Shown here: piece after piece, positions 9,400-18,852 of the stretch
Layout of the letters: every line of letters begins with the position of its first letter
Numbering within the stretch: position 1 is the stretch's first letter
Origin: Candidatus Magasanikiibacteriota bacterium
GTDB lineage: Bacteria; Patescibacteriota; Patescibacteriia; Magasanikbacterales; UBA922
Length of the DNA stretch: 64,000 nucleotides
Assembly: GCA_018661775.1 (NCBI GenBank)
Contig: JABJHO010000014.1
Coordinates: 42,305 to 106,304, forward strand
Direction: 5' to 3'
The notes under the pieces: generated by a model
The model's database searches: none
Seen by the model: only the letters and a program-made list of their open reading frames with translations
What the model was told of the DNA's origin: nothing
Translations under genes and position numbers: made by a program

Positions 9400-10176
9400 T
9401 TATGTTATTAATCTGCGAATTTCTAAGATTTTTGCGCTTTTTGCACGGCCAAATGTTTCATTTGCTTCACCTATTTTTTCATGCTCTTGCCAGGTCTGCT
9501 GTGATAGATCTTTTTTTGTGTCTGTAACGGTAATGTTTCCCTGTCTAATACCATGATTGTATTTTCCATCTGCAAGCCACGCAAGACTGTGTGTATAATG
9601 AATTATTTTCGGTGCACCACCTTCGTAGTCTACTTGGTGCACAATAAGTATATGGTCAAGATCATGTCGTTTTCCTGTATCAAGCATAATAATGCAATCT
9701 CCAGGTTCTATAGTGTTAAGAGAGATCGTTTGGCTGTTTTTGTTGTCTGCCAAAACACGTACATTTGTATTTTCAATGGTGCGGAATTTTCTCACAAGCC
9801 GTCTCAATAGATTGTTGGTTTTTGGAAATGACAAACGTGTGTGCAATGGTTTTGTTGTTTGTGCAATCGTTTGGGCGTTGAGAATGTAATACGCAAGCCC
9901 CGAGCAGTCAATACCAATAGCATGATCTACAAGAAATTTTTTTACCTCTGTCTGAGAAAGTGTCGTAAGGTCAATATGTTTTTTTCTTGCAATAATTTCT
10001 ATTTCTTGCACAATATCTTCTACGGAACCTTTTCCTAAGTGCACACGCAAACCTGCCCGAACCTTTGTCTTTTTATTGTTCATGTACGGGCAAGCAACTG
10101 TGTGTTTTCCAATGGGCATGTGCAGATATGCTTCAATAATATCCATTGCTGGTTTCACTATTTTTTTTGTTGTCAT
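9400..10176 (-). CDS. NlpC/P60-superfamily cysteine peptidase-like protein, no signal peptide
   Basis: 258 aa. Candidate catalytic Cys in GIDCSGLAYYIL and His in DHILIVHQV, with PGDCIIM between them. Confidence 0.4.
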   Translation of the reverse strand: MTTKKIVKPAMDIIEAYLHMPIGKHTVACPYMNNKKTKVRAGLRVHLGKGSVEDIVQEIEIIARKKHIDLTTLSQTEVKKFLVDHAIGIDCSGLAYYILNAQTIAQTTKPLHTRLSFPKTNNLLRRLVRKFRTIENTNVRVLADNKNSQTISLNTIEPGDCIIMLDTGKRHDLDHILIVHQVDYEGGAPKIIHYTHSLAWLADGKYNHGIRQGNITVTDTKKDLSQQTWQEHEKIGEANETFGRAKSAKILEIRRLIT

Positions 10177-11435
10177 AAAGCGTTTTCTATAATGGTTACA
10201 ATCTTTTTTCCGAGTGCATTATATACACCATGTTTTGTCATAATGCTTTCTTTAGACTGAATGCGTAACAGGTCAGACCCTAGTGTGGTGGTTGTGTACG
10301 GGATAACAGAGAGCCCAGCTTGCTCAAGTGCTTTTTTTGTTTGCGTTACGTCTATGTCTTGTGCGTCTTTTGTGAGCCTGAGAACAAGTTGTGCCCCACG
10401 TGTTACAGGAACAAGTTTGTGATCTTTTGTTTCAAGGTTTGCCAGTGCTGCGACATGCGCTTCAAACGTTGTCATGAGATTTTTTACCTGTTTTGCTATG
10501 GATTGTTGCTGTAAGTGTGATTCAAAAATAACAGAAGCTGGTTGCCTTGCATTAATCTCCAAAAGATATACGTTTCCTGTTTCTTCTTCTACGATAATGT
10601 CTATCCCAAAAGCCCCGCGCCATCCATCGTGTTGCATTTTTTTTCCAACTGCATGGGCTATTTCTTTACACTTCGCCTGTTGATCATATGAGAGTATGTC
10701 TTTTGGAAGACCCCAGTCATTGCCGATGGTGGCAAAAGGTTGGTCGGTAAAAGGAGAGAGCCCAGTAATTTGGTAACTCAATGATCCTGTGTGGATCGCA
10801 TCTTTTGAGACAACGCCGTTGCAAGTAAACGTGGGGCCGTTAATATAGGCCGACACTTTTACCGGTCTTTCGGGAAATGTTTTTTGGAGTTCTTGTAGTT
10901 GTATTTCGCTGTCTATTAATACTGTTCCACTTCCGGTGTGTCCCTGGTTAAATTGCAATACAAATGGTTCATAATTCCATGCAATGTTTTTGCATACATC
11001 TATGTGGTGAGGGGGAAGATGTGTAGTCATTGTACCAAGCCACGCAACTTGTGAAATTTTCTCTTCTATGTTGCTTGCTAGGTTGGTAAGCGGGTTAAGT
11101 AGTGGGATATTATGTGTCTTGCAAATCCGCTCTATTTTTTTTGTAGGTTTGTATACCATAATACCACCAAATGCGTTTTCACCACATTCTTTGGTTTTTT
11201 TTGCAATGTACGCGAGTGATTTTGGATGCTCAAGGAGTTGCCAAGAATCCAAAAGTGTAGTAGTGTCAATGAGTACAATGTGTGACCTTTCTTGGGCATA
11301 TGATTTGGCAAACTCGGTCACATTTGAGATAATAGAAAAATCAGAGATAGACATGTCCATCCCCGATGCTCGCTCAAAAGAGCGATTTACATATATAATG
11401 TGGTGATTTTTAAGCCACGTGAGTAATTTTTCCAT
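10173..11435 (-). CDS. ATP-grasp ligase of unknown substrate
   Basis: Start moved to ATG 11435 (MEKLLTW). The track start 11624 overlaps murB. C-terminal block WRGAFGIDIIVEEETGNVYLLEINARQPAS. The stop overlaps the next gene's start by 4 nt. Confidence 0.6.
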   Translation of the reverse strand: MEKLLTWLKNHHIIYVNRSFERASGMDMSISDFSIISNVTEFAKSYAQERSHIVLIDTTTLLDSWQLLEHPKSLAYIAKKTKECGENAFGGIMVYKPTKKIERICKTHNIPLLNPLTNLASNIEEKISQVAWLGTMTTHLPPHHIDVCKNIAWNYEPFVLQFNQGHTGSGTVLIDSEIQLQELQKTFPERPVKVSAYINGPTFTCNGVVSKDAIHTGSLSYQITGLSPFTDQPFATIGNDWGLPKDILSYDQQAKCKEIAHAVGKKMQHDGWRGAFGIDIIVEEETGNVYLLEINARQPASVIFESHLQQQSIAKQVKNLMTTFEAHVAALANLETKDHKLVPVTRGAQLVLRLTKDAQDIDVTQTKKALEQAGLSVIPYTTTTLGSDLLRIQSKESIMTKHGVYNALGKKIVTIIENAL

Positions 11436-11489
11436 ATTTAGGCTTAGTATAGTAAAAAAAGCCGTTTTTTGCAACCTTTGATATATTTT

Positions 11490-12449
11490 ATGGATCCATT
11501 TTATACACAACTCAAAACCTACGGAAAAGTGCGATGTAATGAATCTTTGGCAAAGCATATTACGTATAAGATTGGTGGCCCTGCCAAGTATTTTGTGATT
11601 GTAAAAGATATGTCCCATCTCCAAGCGCTTTTGCAGTTTATTGACGGAGAAGGGGTAAAACGTATTATCTTGGGTGGAGGAAGTAATATATTATTTCCAG
11701 ATGAAGGTTTTGATGGGGTGGTAATACAGATTATTGATAAGACGTTCTCGATTTCTGGTCCCAAGGTGGAGGCAGTTGCAAGTGCACTGATGAAAGATAT
11801 TTCTGAGGCAACTGTTGCCGCAGGTTTGGCGGGTTTTGTTTGGGCAATTGGTGTTCCTGGAACTATAGCAGGTGCGTTGCGAGGTAATGCTGCGTATAAT
11901 GGGGTTGCAATGGGGGATGCTGTGTCCAGTGTGGAGGTGTACAGAGATGGAGAGGTGGTGCTGTTATCAAACCATGATTGTGTGTTTGGTCCAAAAGATT
12001 CAGTGTTTAAGCATAACAATGATGTGATTTTGCGTATTTGGCTTGCATTAAAAAAAGGAGAGAAGCAAAAGATTGCTCAAGAGGCAATGGAGAATATTTC
12101 ATATAGACAACGCACTCAGCCAGAAGGTAAAGGTTCAGCGGGTTGTGTATTTAAGAACATAGTTGTTGAAGAAAAAGATGTGGATAATTTTTTGGCAAAA
12201 TTTAATGATAAAAAAATACAGGAATGTATTACAAAATATCATAAAATTCCTGTTGGCCGTTTAATTGAATTACTTGGACTAAAGGGGACTGTTTCTGGGA
12301 ATGCACAGATTTCTGAGGTGCATGGTAATTTTGTGATTAATTTGGGCGGTGCAAGTGCAAAAGATGTGTGCATCTTAATTGAACTTATACGGGAAAACGT
12401 GTACAATACCTATGGGTTTGAATTAGAGGAGGAAATTCAAATTGTTTAA
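11490..12449 (+). CDS. murB: UDP-N-acetylenolpyruvoylglucosamine reductase
   Basis: ESLAKHITYKIGGPAKYF, ILGGGSNILF and GSAGCVFKN blocks. Confidence 0.85.
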   Translation: MDPFYTQLKTYGKVRCNESLAKHITYKIGGPAKYFVIVKDMSHLQALLQFIDGEGVKRIILGGGSNILFPDEGFDGVVIQIIDKTFSISGPKVEAVASALMKDISEATVAAGLAGFVWAIGVPGTIAGALRGNAAYNGVAMGDAVSSVEVYRDGEVVLLSNHDCVFGPKDSVFKHNNDVILRIWLALKKGEKQKIAQEAMENISYRQRTQPEGKGSAGCVFKNIVVEEKDVDNFLAKFNDKKIQECITKYHKIPVGRLIELLGLKGTVSGNAQISEVHGNFVINLGGASAKDVCILIELIRENVYNTYGFELEEEIQIV

Positions 12450-12469
12450 TTCTTTTAACATAGACGCGT

Positions 12470-12823
12470 ATGATTATTACCATTCAATTTAGTAATATTG
12501 AGCCCACTGATGCTATAAGAGAATATACAGAAGAAAAATTGCAGACTTTGACAAAGTTTTTTGAGAATATTCAAAAAATGGATGTTGACCTTGGTGCACG
12601 AGAACAGCATCACAAAAAAGGAAAGCGGTATTATGCGGAAGTAAATGTTCATATTCCGGGTAAGGTGGTGCGTATAGCAAAAGATACAGAAGAATTATAC
12701 AAAGCCATAGATAAAGTAAAAGACCATCTTAAGGTTGAGTTACAGAAAATAAAAGAGAAGATGAGAAGGCAGGATAGAAAAGTTATTCGTAATCAAAAAG
12801 AGTATCGTGTTGAAGAATTCTAA
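12470..12823 (+). CDS. hpf: Ribosome hibernation promoting factor (short HPF/RaiA)
   Basis: 117 aa. ..IREYTEEKL..L.KFF and ELYKAIDKVKDHLKVELQK, typical of the sigma-54 modulation protein/S30EA family. Confidence 0.85.
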   Translation: MIITIQFSNIEPTDAIREYTEEKLQTLTKFFENIQKMDVDLGAREQHHKKGKRYYAEVNVHIPGKVVRIAKDTEELYKAIDKVKDHLKVELQKIKEKMRRQDRKVIRNQKEYRVEEF

Positions 12824-12835
12824 ATAGTGTGTGGG

Positions 12836-12868
12836 AAAAAAGGCATGAAACGTTTCATGCCTTTTTAA
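12836..12868 (+). terminator. Rho-independent terminator after hpf
   Basis: Perfect 10-bp stem ggcatgaaac/gtttcatgcc (12842-12861) followed by ttttt. Confidence 0.8.
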
Positions 12869-12889
12869 GTTTATGATAAAAATATAGCA

Positions 12890-12918
12890 TGGACAAAAAG
12901 ATAGGAATATGCTAGAAT
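12890..12918 (+). promoter_or_regulatory. Sigma-70-type promoter upstream of secA
   Basis: TGGACA, 17-nt spacer, TAGAAT. Confidence 0.5.
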
Positions 12919-12946
12919 ATCTTCACATTATATAAATACTTTTATT

Positions 12947-15727
12947 ATGATTTCTCTTAAAAAAATGTACGAAACTGTGTTTGGAAGTGCCAACGATGCA
13001 ACCATGAAAAATTTTCAACCATTAGTGAGCACTATTAACGCATTAGAGGTTGAGTACGAGGCGCTGACCGATGAGCAAATTCAAGAAAAAACTACAGTAT
13101 TTAAAAAACAACTAGCGGATGGTAAGAGTCTTAATGAGATATTACCAGAAGCTTTTGCCACGGTAAGAGAGGCAGGTAAGCGCGTTCTTGGAATGCGTCA
13201 TTATGATGTGCAACTTATTGGAGGTATCGCACTCCACAGAGGTATAATTGCAGAAATGAGAACAGGAGAAGGAAAAACGCTTGTGGCAACACTACCGACA
13301 TATTTGAACGCCCTTGAAGGTAAAGGGGTTCATGTGATTACGGTAAATGACTATCTTGCAAAAAGAGACGCGGTTTGGATGGGGCAGATATATGATTTCT
13401 TGGGATTGTCTGTTGGGATAGTACAAGGACAGCGTGTGTCTTTTTTGTATGACACGTCATTTGATGGAAGTGAAGAGGGGGGAGACATTGATGTTGCACG
13501 AGACCAGTTGGGGAGTTTTAAGATTGAAGACCAGTATCTGAGACCGTGTTCTCGAAAAGATGCGTATCGTGCGGATATCACATACGGAACAAACAATGAA
13601 TATGGTTTTGATTATTTGCGAGATAATATGGTGCAAGATGTAGAAGAGATGGTTATGCGTCCTGGGGAAGAAATGCATTACGCGGTGATTGATGAGATTG
13701 ATTCTATTTTAATTGATGAGGCGCGCACACCACTGATTATCTCTGCACCTGCTGAGGCGGCCACAGAGCAGTATTATACGTTTGCAAAAATTGTAAAAAC
13801 ATTAAAAGAGGAAGATCATTATAATGTTGATGAAAAAATGAATAGCGCCACACTTACAGCTGACGGTATTACTGTGTTTGAAAAAACATTGGGAGTGGAA
13901 AATATCTATGCAGAAGGTGGAATGCGTATTGTGCATCATGTTGAGCAAGCGCTTAAGGCCGAGATGTTGTTTAAGCGAGACAAAGAGTATGTGGTAGAAG
14001 AGAATGAAGTGGTAATTATTGATGAGTTTACTGGAAGAAAAATGCCAGGAAGGCGATATTCAGAAGGTTTGCATCAGGCAATAGAAGCAAAGGAAGGTTT
14101 GTCAATTCAACAAGAGAGTAAGACGCTTGCTACGATCACGTTTCAAAATCTTTTTCGTATGTACACCAAGCTTTCGGGTATGACAGGTACGGCAATTACC
14201 GAAGAAGAGGAATTCGGGAGTATTTATCAGTTAGACGTGCTGGTGATCCCTACAAACAAAGAAGACAAGAGAGTAGACAGGACAGATAGGATTTATAAAA
14301 ATGATACCGGCAAAAACAAAGCAATTTTAGAAAAAATAAAAGAATGCAAAGAAAAAGGGCAGCCTATTCTGGTTGGTACTATTTCGGTAGAAAAGAATGA
14401 GGTGCTGAGTCACTATCTTTCTCTTAATAATATTACACATGAGATACTTAATGCCAAGAACCATGAACGAGAAGGGGAGATTGTGGCTAATGCTGGAAAA
14501 ACAAGTGCGGTGACACTTGCCACAAACATGGCGGGCCGTGGTGTGGACATTAAGCTTGGTGGTGCAGATGCTACAAAAGAGGAGGAGCAGCGGGTTATTG
14601 AAGCTGGCGGTCTTTTTGTACTTGGAACAGAGCGGCACGAGTCACGGAGAATAGATAATCAGTTGCGCGGTAGAAGTGCGCGTCAGGGTGACCCCGGTGA
14701 GACGCAATTTTTTGTTTCAACACAAGATGATCTTATGCGTATTTTTGGCGGCGAAAGACTTCAGTCCGTTATGACGCGGTTGAAGGTGCCAGAAGATATG
14801 CCAATTGAGCAAAACATGATTACGAAGATGCTCGAAGGTGCACAAAAAAAAGTAGAGTCCCACCATTATGATACAAGAAAACACTTGTTAGAATATGATG
14901 ATATTCTCAATAAGCAGCGGCATATTATTTACCAAAAGAGGCGAGAAATTCTTGATCTTTCAAAAGAGTCTGAGGTTGATGAGAAAGAAACAGAAGGTGG
15001 TGCTACGTCGCTAAAAGAGGTTGTTATGAATATGATAGAGCAAGAGATTATGTTTGTGGTATCTTTTCATACGAATGTTCGAATGGAAGAAGGAAAGCAG
15101 GATGATGAGTGGAATATTCAGGAAATTTATGAAACAATGCACACGATTTGTACTTTTACAGAAGAAGAAAAGCGAGGGCTTCTTTCTATGGGTAACACCA
15201 AGGAGAGCAAGTTTGATGCAGTGCAAGAGCGGGATCGTATTGTGCAGTTTTTACTTACCAAAGCATCGACTGCATATACTGCTATTGAAGAACATATTGC
15301 TTCTCAGGGTCAGCATATGGATATTGGTGAGGCAGATAAAGTAATGCGTGCGGTAGAAAAACAAATATTATTACGTTCGGTTGATACGCTTTGGGTGGAT
15401 CATTTAGTTGAGATGACATATTTACGAACAGGCATTGGTTTGCGTGGGTATGGCCAGAGAGATCCACTTATTGAGTATAAAAAAGAGTCGTTTGGTATCT
15501 TTAATAGACTGCAAGAAAATATTCAAAAAGAGGTAGTATATTCATTTTTTAAAGTGGGAGTAGGTTTGCAGATTGCTCCGACTATTATGGCTGAAGATAG
15601 TATGATTCTGAAGGGTGCAAAAAAAACCACAGAAAGCGAAGCATTGCAAAATAAAGATGGTGGACCAGGCACAGCAAAAAAGAAAAAAATGAGTAAAAAA
15701 GAACGCAAGAGGAGTAAAAATAAGTAA
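12947..15727 (+). CDS. secA: Preprotein translocase ATPase SecA
   Basis: 926 aa. MRTGEGKTLVATL, DEIDSILIDEARTPLIIS and RGRSARQGDPG. Lys-rich C-terminal tail without the zinc finger. Confidence 0.97.
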   Translation: MISLKKMYETVFGSANDATMKNFQPLVSTINALEVEYEALTDEQIQEKTTVFKKQLADGKSLNEILPEAFATVREAGKRVLGMRHYDVQLIGGIALHRGIIAEMRTGEGKTLVATLPTYLNALEGKGVHVITVNDYLAKRDAVWMGQIYDFLGLSVGIVQGQRVSFLYDTSFDGSEEGGDIDVARDQLGSFKIEDQYLRPCSRKDAYRADITYGTNNEYGFDYLRDNMVQDVEEMVMRPGEEMHYAVIDEIDSILIDEARTPLIISAPAEAATEQYYTFAKIVKTLKEEDHYNVDEKMNSATLTADGITVFEKTLGVENIYAEGGMRIVHHVEQALKAEMLFKRDKEYVVEENEVVIIDEFTGRKMPGRRYSEGLHQAIEAKEGLSIQQESKTLATITFQNLFRMYTKLSGMTGTAITEEEEFGSIYQLDVLVIPTNKEDKRVDRTDRIYKNDTGKNKAILEKIKECKEKGQPILVGTISVEKNEVLSHYLSLNNITHEILNAKNHEREGEIVANAGKTSAVTLATNMAGRGVDIKLGGADATKEEEQRVIEAGGLFVLGTERHESRRIDNQLRGRSARQGDPGETQFFVSTQDDLMRIFGGERLQSVMTRLKVPEDMPIEQNMITKMLEGAQKKVESHHYDTRKHLLEYDDILNKQRHIIYQKRREILDLSKESEVDEKETEGGATSLKEVVMNMIEQEIMFVVSFHTNVRMEEGKQDDEWNIQEIYETMHTICTFTEEEKRGLLSMGNTKESKFDAVQERDRIVQFLLTKASTAYTAIEEHIASQGQHMDIGEADKVMRAVEKQILLRSVDTLWVDHLVEMTYLRTGIGLRGYGQRDPLIEYKKESFGIFNRLQENIQKEVVYSFFKVGVGLQIAPTIMAEDSMILKGAKKTTESEALQNKDGGPGTAKKKKMSKKERKRSKNK

Positions 15728-15753
15728 TTATAACTGCTCTACGCAAAAAAGGG

Positions 15754-15782
15754 TTGACTTTTGCATTCCTGTGTCGTATTAT
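15754..15782 (+). promoter_or_regulatory. Sigma-70-type promoter upstream of secD
   Basis: TTGACT, 17-nt spacer, TATTAT. Confidence 0.5.
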
Positions 15783-15817
15783 ACTTGCACTAATATATAA
15801 GGTACATTACTCTGTTT

Positions 15818-17854
15818 ATGAACAATCAAGAAGGGACAAAGCGCGTAAGAATGCGTTGGGGAATGGTAAGTATTACTATTTGTTTTTTGGCTATGCTCGG
15901 GTTTATATTCCCGAAGTATACAAATGTTGCTATTAACAATATTAATTCTTTGGCATATCTAGGATTACCAAACATATCGGAAGAGTCTTTTCGGTTGGGT
16001 CTAGATTTGCAAGGCGGTGCACATTTAATATATGAGGCAGACGTACAACACGTGGCAATCGAAGATCGTGCAACTGCAGTAGAAGGTGTGCGAGATGCGG
16101 TTGAGCGCCGAGTAAACGGGACGGGAGTTTCTGAACCAAATGTCCAAACAGCGCGTGTGGGTGAGGCATATAGGCTTATTGTTGATCTTCCAGGTATTGA
16201 AAATGTAAATGAAGCAATAAAACTTATAGGGGAGACACCGGTGCTAGAATTTAAGGAAGAAAATGATGTACCATCAAGGGAGCTTAATGAAGAAGAGAGA
16301 GAGTTAATAACACAAACAAATAGTACAGCAAAATCACGTTCAGAGGAGATAGCAGCCCGAGTGGCAGGTGGTGAGTCTTTTGAAGAGCTTGTTTCTGAGC
16401 TTTCTGAAGACACGATCACAAAAAATAATGGAGGGAGTTTGGGAAATGTTGAGGCAGGTCTGAGTATAACAGGCCCACTTTATGATTGGGCGAAGACTCA
16501 TGTGGATGGGGACATTTCTGAAACACCAATAGAAACAGAGCTGGGATATCACGTTGTAAAGCGCGGGAAAGATGGTGAGTCAAAAGAAAAAGTTTCAGCG
16601 AGCCATATACTAATCTGTTATTTTGGTGCACAGGGTTGTGAAGATGAAACATACACAAAAGAGTCGGCACTAGAAAAAGCACAAGAACTTTTTACTCAAG
16701 CAAATGCTGAAAATTTTGCTGATTTAGCAAAAGAATTTTCTACTGGACCAAGTAAGGGTGCGGGTGGGGACCTTGGTTCTTTTGGGCGCGGTATGATGAT
16801 ACCTGCGTTTGAAGAGGTAGTGTTTTCTGCAGAAGTGGGACAAATTGTAGGGCCAGTTGAAACTGATTTTGGGTATCATGTGATTTATAAGACCGATGTG
16901 GAGGAGGTTGCAACGTATGGCCTTGCTCATATTATGAGTAAAAAGCTAACAGAAAGAGAAGTTCTCCCACCGCAGGATTCATGGAAATCAACAGAGCTTT
17001 CCGGAAAACAACTTGAGCGGGCGGACGTTGCTATTGATCCGCAAACAGGTGCCGTACAAGTTTCTCTTGTTTTTGATAAGGAAGGAAAAAAACTATTTGA
17101 AGATATTACACGAAGAAACCTTAATAAACCTGTTGCAATCTTTTTAGATGGCTCTCCTATTAGTATACCAACAGTTCAGGCCGTCATCGGTGGAGGGGAG
17201 GCGGTGATTACTGGATCATTTACCATTCCAGAAGCAAAACTTTTATCTCAAAGACTTAATACGGGTGCATTACCTGTTCCTATTACTCTTGTATCCCAGC
17301 AGGCTATTGGTGCAAGTTTGGGGGCCGAATCACTGGTAAAGAGTTTGCATGCCGGAATAATTGCTATTATATTGGTAATGCTCTTTATGGTTCTGTATTA
17401 TAGATTACCAGGGGTACTGGCAGTTATTTCTTTAAGCATATATATTGTTGCTGCACTTGCTATTTTTAAATTAATAGGCGTGACATTGACACTAGCTGGA
17501 ATTGCTGGATTTATCCTCTCTATTGGTATGGCGGTTGATGCAAATGTACTGATTTTTGAAAGAATGAAGGAGGAGCTGCGCGAAGGGAAGAGTTTGAAAG
17601 TTGCGGTGGAAGAAGGGTTTGTGCGTGCGTGGACATCTATACGAGATGGAAATATTTCAACACTTATTACCTGTGTATTGTTGGTTGGGTTTGGTGCAAG
17701 TTTTGTTCAGGGGTTTGCTGCAACATTGTCAATTGGTATTTTATTGAGCATGTTTTCGGCGATTACCATTACACGATTGTTTTTGCGTGCAATAGTGCCA
17801 CTATTTTCTCGGTACGGCAATAGACTCTTTTTAGGATTTACTGAAAAAAAATAA
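15818..17854 (+). CDS. secD: Protein translocase subunit SecD with an inserted parvulin-type PPIase region
   Basis: 678 aa. SecD blocks LGLDLQGGAHL, VSEPNVQ and the C-terminal 6-TM core, with a PpiC-like segment (residues ~258-360) in the periplasmic P1 domain. Confidence 0.9.
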   Translation: MNNQEGTKRVRMRWGMVSITICFLAMLGFIFPKYTNVAINNINSLAYLGLPNISEESFRLGLDLQGGAHLIYEADVQHVAIEDRATAVEGVRDAVERRVNGTGVSEPNVQTARVGEAYRLIVDLPGIENVNEAIKLIGETPVLEFKEENDVPSRELNEEERELITQTNSTAKSRSEEIAARVAGGESFEELVSELSEDTITKNNGGSLGNVEAGLSITGPLYDWAKTHVDGDISETPIETELGYHVVKRGKDGESKEKVSASHILICYFGAQGCEDETYTKESALEKAQELFTQANAENFADLAKEFSTGPSKGAGGDLGSFGRGMMIPAFEEVVFSAEVGQIVGPVETDFGYHVIYKTDVEEVATYGLAHIMSKKLTEREVLPPQDSWKSTELSGKQLERADVAIDPQTGAVQVSLVFDKEGKKLFEDITRRNLNKPVAIFLDGSPISIPTVQAVIGGGEAVITGSFTIPEAKLLSQRLNTGALPVPITLVSQQAIGASLGAESLVKSLHAGIIAIILVMLFMVLYYRLPGVLAVISLSIYIVAALAIFKLIGVTLTLAGIAGFILSIGMAVDANVLIFERMKEELREGKSLKVAVEEGFVRAWTSIRDGNISTLITCVLLVGFGASFVQGFAATLSIGILLSMFSAITITRLFLRAIVPLFSRYGNRLFLGFTEKK

Positions 17855-17855
17855 T

Positions 17856-18749
17856 ATGATTCCAATAATACAAAAAAAGAACATTTCTTTTACAATTTCC
17901 ACGATTCTCTTTACTTTGAGTCTTATTCTACTTGTTGTTGTAGGTATTAAGCCAGGTATAGATTTTACTGGTGGTACGTTAATACAGTTGCGTTTTGAAG
18001 GAGAGCGCCCAGAACGCGCTGCATTGCAGACTGTGGTGGAGGGTCTTGAGTTAGGCAATGTACTCATACAGCCAGCAGATAACGATTCTCATATCGTGAA
18101 GATGGCATATTTAGAAGAAGAAGATCATCAGCGCCTTTTGTTATCAGTTCGGACAGCATATGAGTCTGAGGAATATAAAGTTGTTGAAGAAAGTGTTGAG
18201 ACTATTGGCCCTTCAATAAGTAGCGATCTTCGTTCAAGATCTATCAAGGCTGGATTTGGTGTGGTTATTGCTATTATTCTTTTTATCGCGTACTCTTTTA
18301 GAAAGGTGTCTAAACCAGTGTCTTCTTGGAAGTTTGGTGTTACGGCGATTATTGCCCTACTTCACGATGTTATTATAACAATGGGTGTTTTTGTACTACT
18401 TGGCCACTTTTTGGGGGTAGAGGTCGGTATTCCGTTTGTTGTGGCAATGCTTACCATTCTTGGGTATTCTGTCAACGATACTATTGTTGTATTTGATAGG
18501 ATTAGGGAAAAAATTATGAGAAAAGAATATAAGAATTTTGCAGAGACGGTTAATGTTGGAGTGAATGAAACTATTCCTCGTTCAATAAATACATCAGTAA
18601 CCACTTTGTTAGTGCTTCTTGGTCTATGTATTTTTGGTGGAGAAAGTGTACGATTCTTCTCACTTTCTTTGGTGATAGGTATTATACTAGGAACATATTC
18701 GTCACTGTTTTTGGCGAGCCCACTGTTAGTTTGGTGGGAGAAAAAATAG
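17856..18749 (+). CDS. secF: Protein translocase subunit SecF
   Basis: 297 aa. GIDFTGGT, LHDVIITMG and YSVNDTIVVFDRIRE. Confidence 0.9.
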   Translation: MIPIIQKKNISFTISTILFTLSLILLVVVGIKPGIDFTGGTLIQLRFEGERPERAALQTVVEGLELGNVLIQPADNDSHIVKMAYLEEEDHQRLLLSVRTAYESEEYKVVEESVETIGPSISSDLRSRSIKAGFGVVIAIILFIAYSFRKVSKPVSSWKFGVTAIIALLHDVIITMGVFVLLGHFLGVEVGIPFVVAMLTILGYSVNDTIVVFDRIREKIMRKEYKNFAETVNVGVNETIPRSINTSVTTLLVLLGLCIFGGESVRFFSLSLVIGIILGTYSSLFLASPLLVWWEKK

Positions 18750-18768
18750 TATTTTGCATCTTCTGTGG

Positions 18769-18796
18769 AAAAACAGCACGTTTGTGCTTTTTTTCT
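18769..18796 (+). terminator. Rho-independent terminator after secF
   Basis: agcac-gttt-gtgct stem, extended by A/T pairs and followed by a T7 run. Confidence 0.6.
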
Positions 18797-18852
18797 TTCT
18801 CTTTTTATTTTAGTGTAATTCTGTTATACTTACTCTATAAATAAATAATCAT

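Noticed and set aside
11436-11624. N-terminal extensions given by the ORF track. Examples: ATP-grasp to 11624, Clp-like from 53783, mraZ from 51642, LOG from 32756, gatC from 31014, rplU from 58291, VanW from 42153.
   Set aside because: The extensions overlap neighbouring genes or promoters and add residues without family similarity. Internal ATGs with better context were chosen. The original coordinates remain possible.
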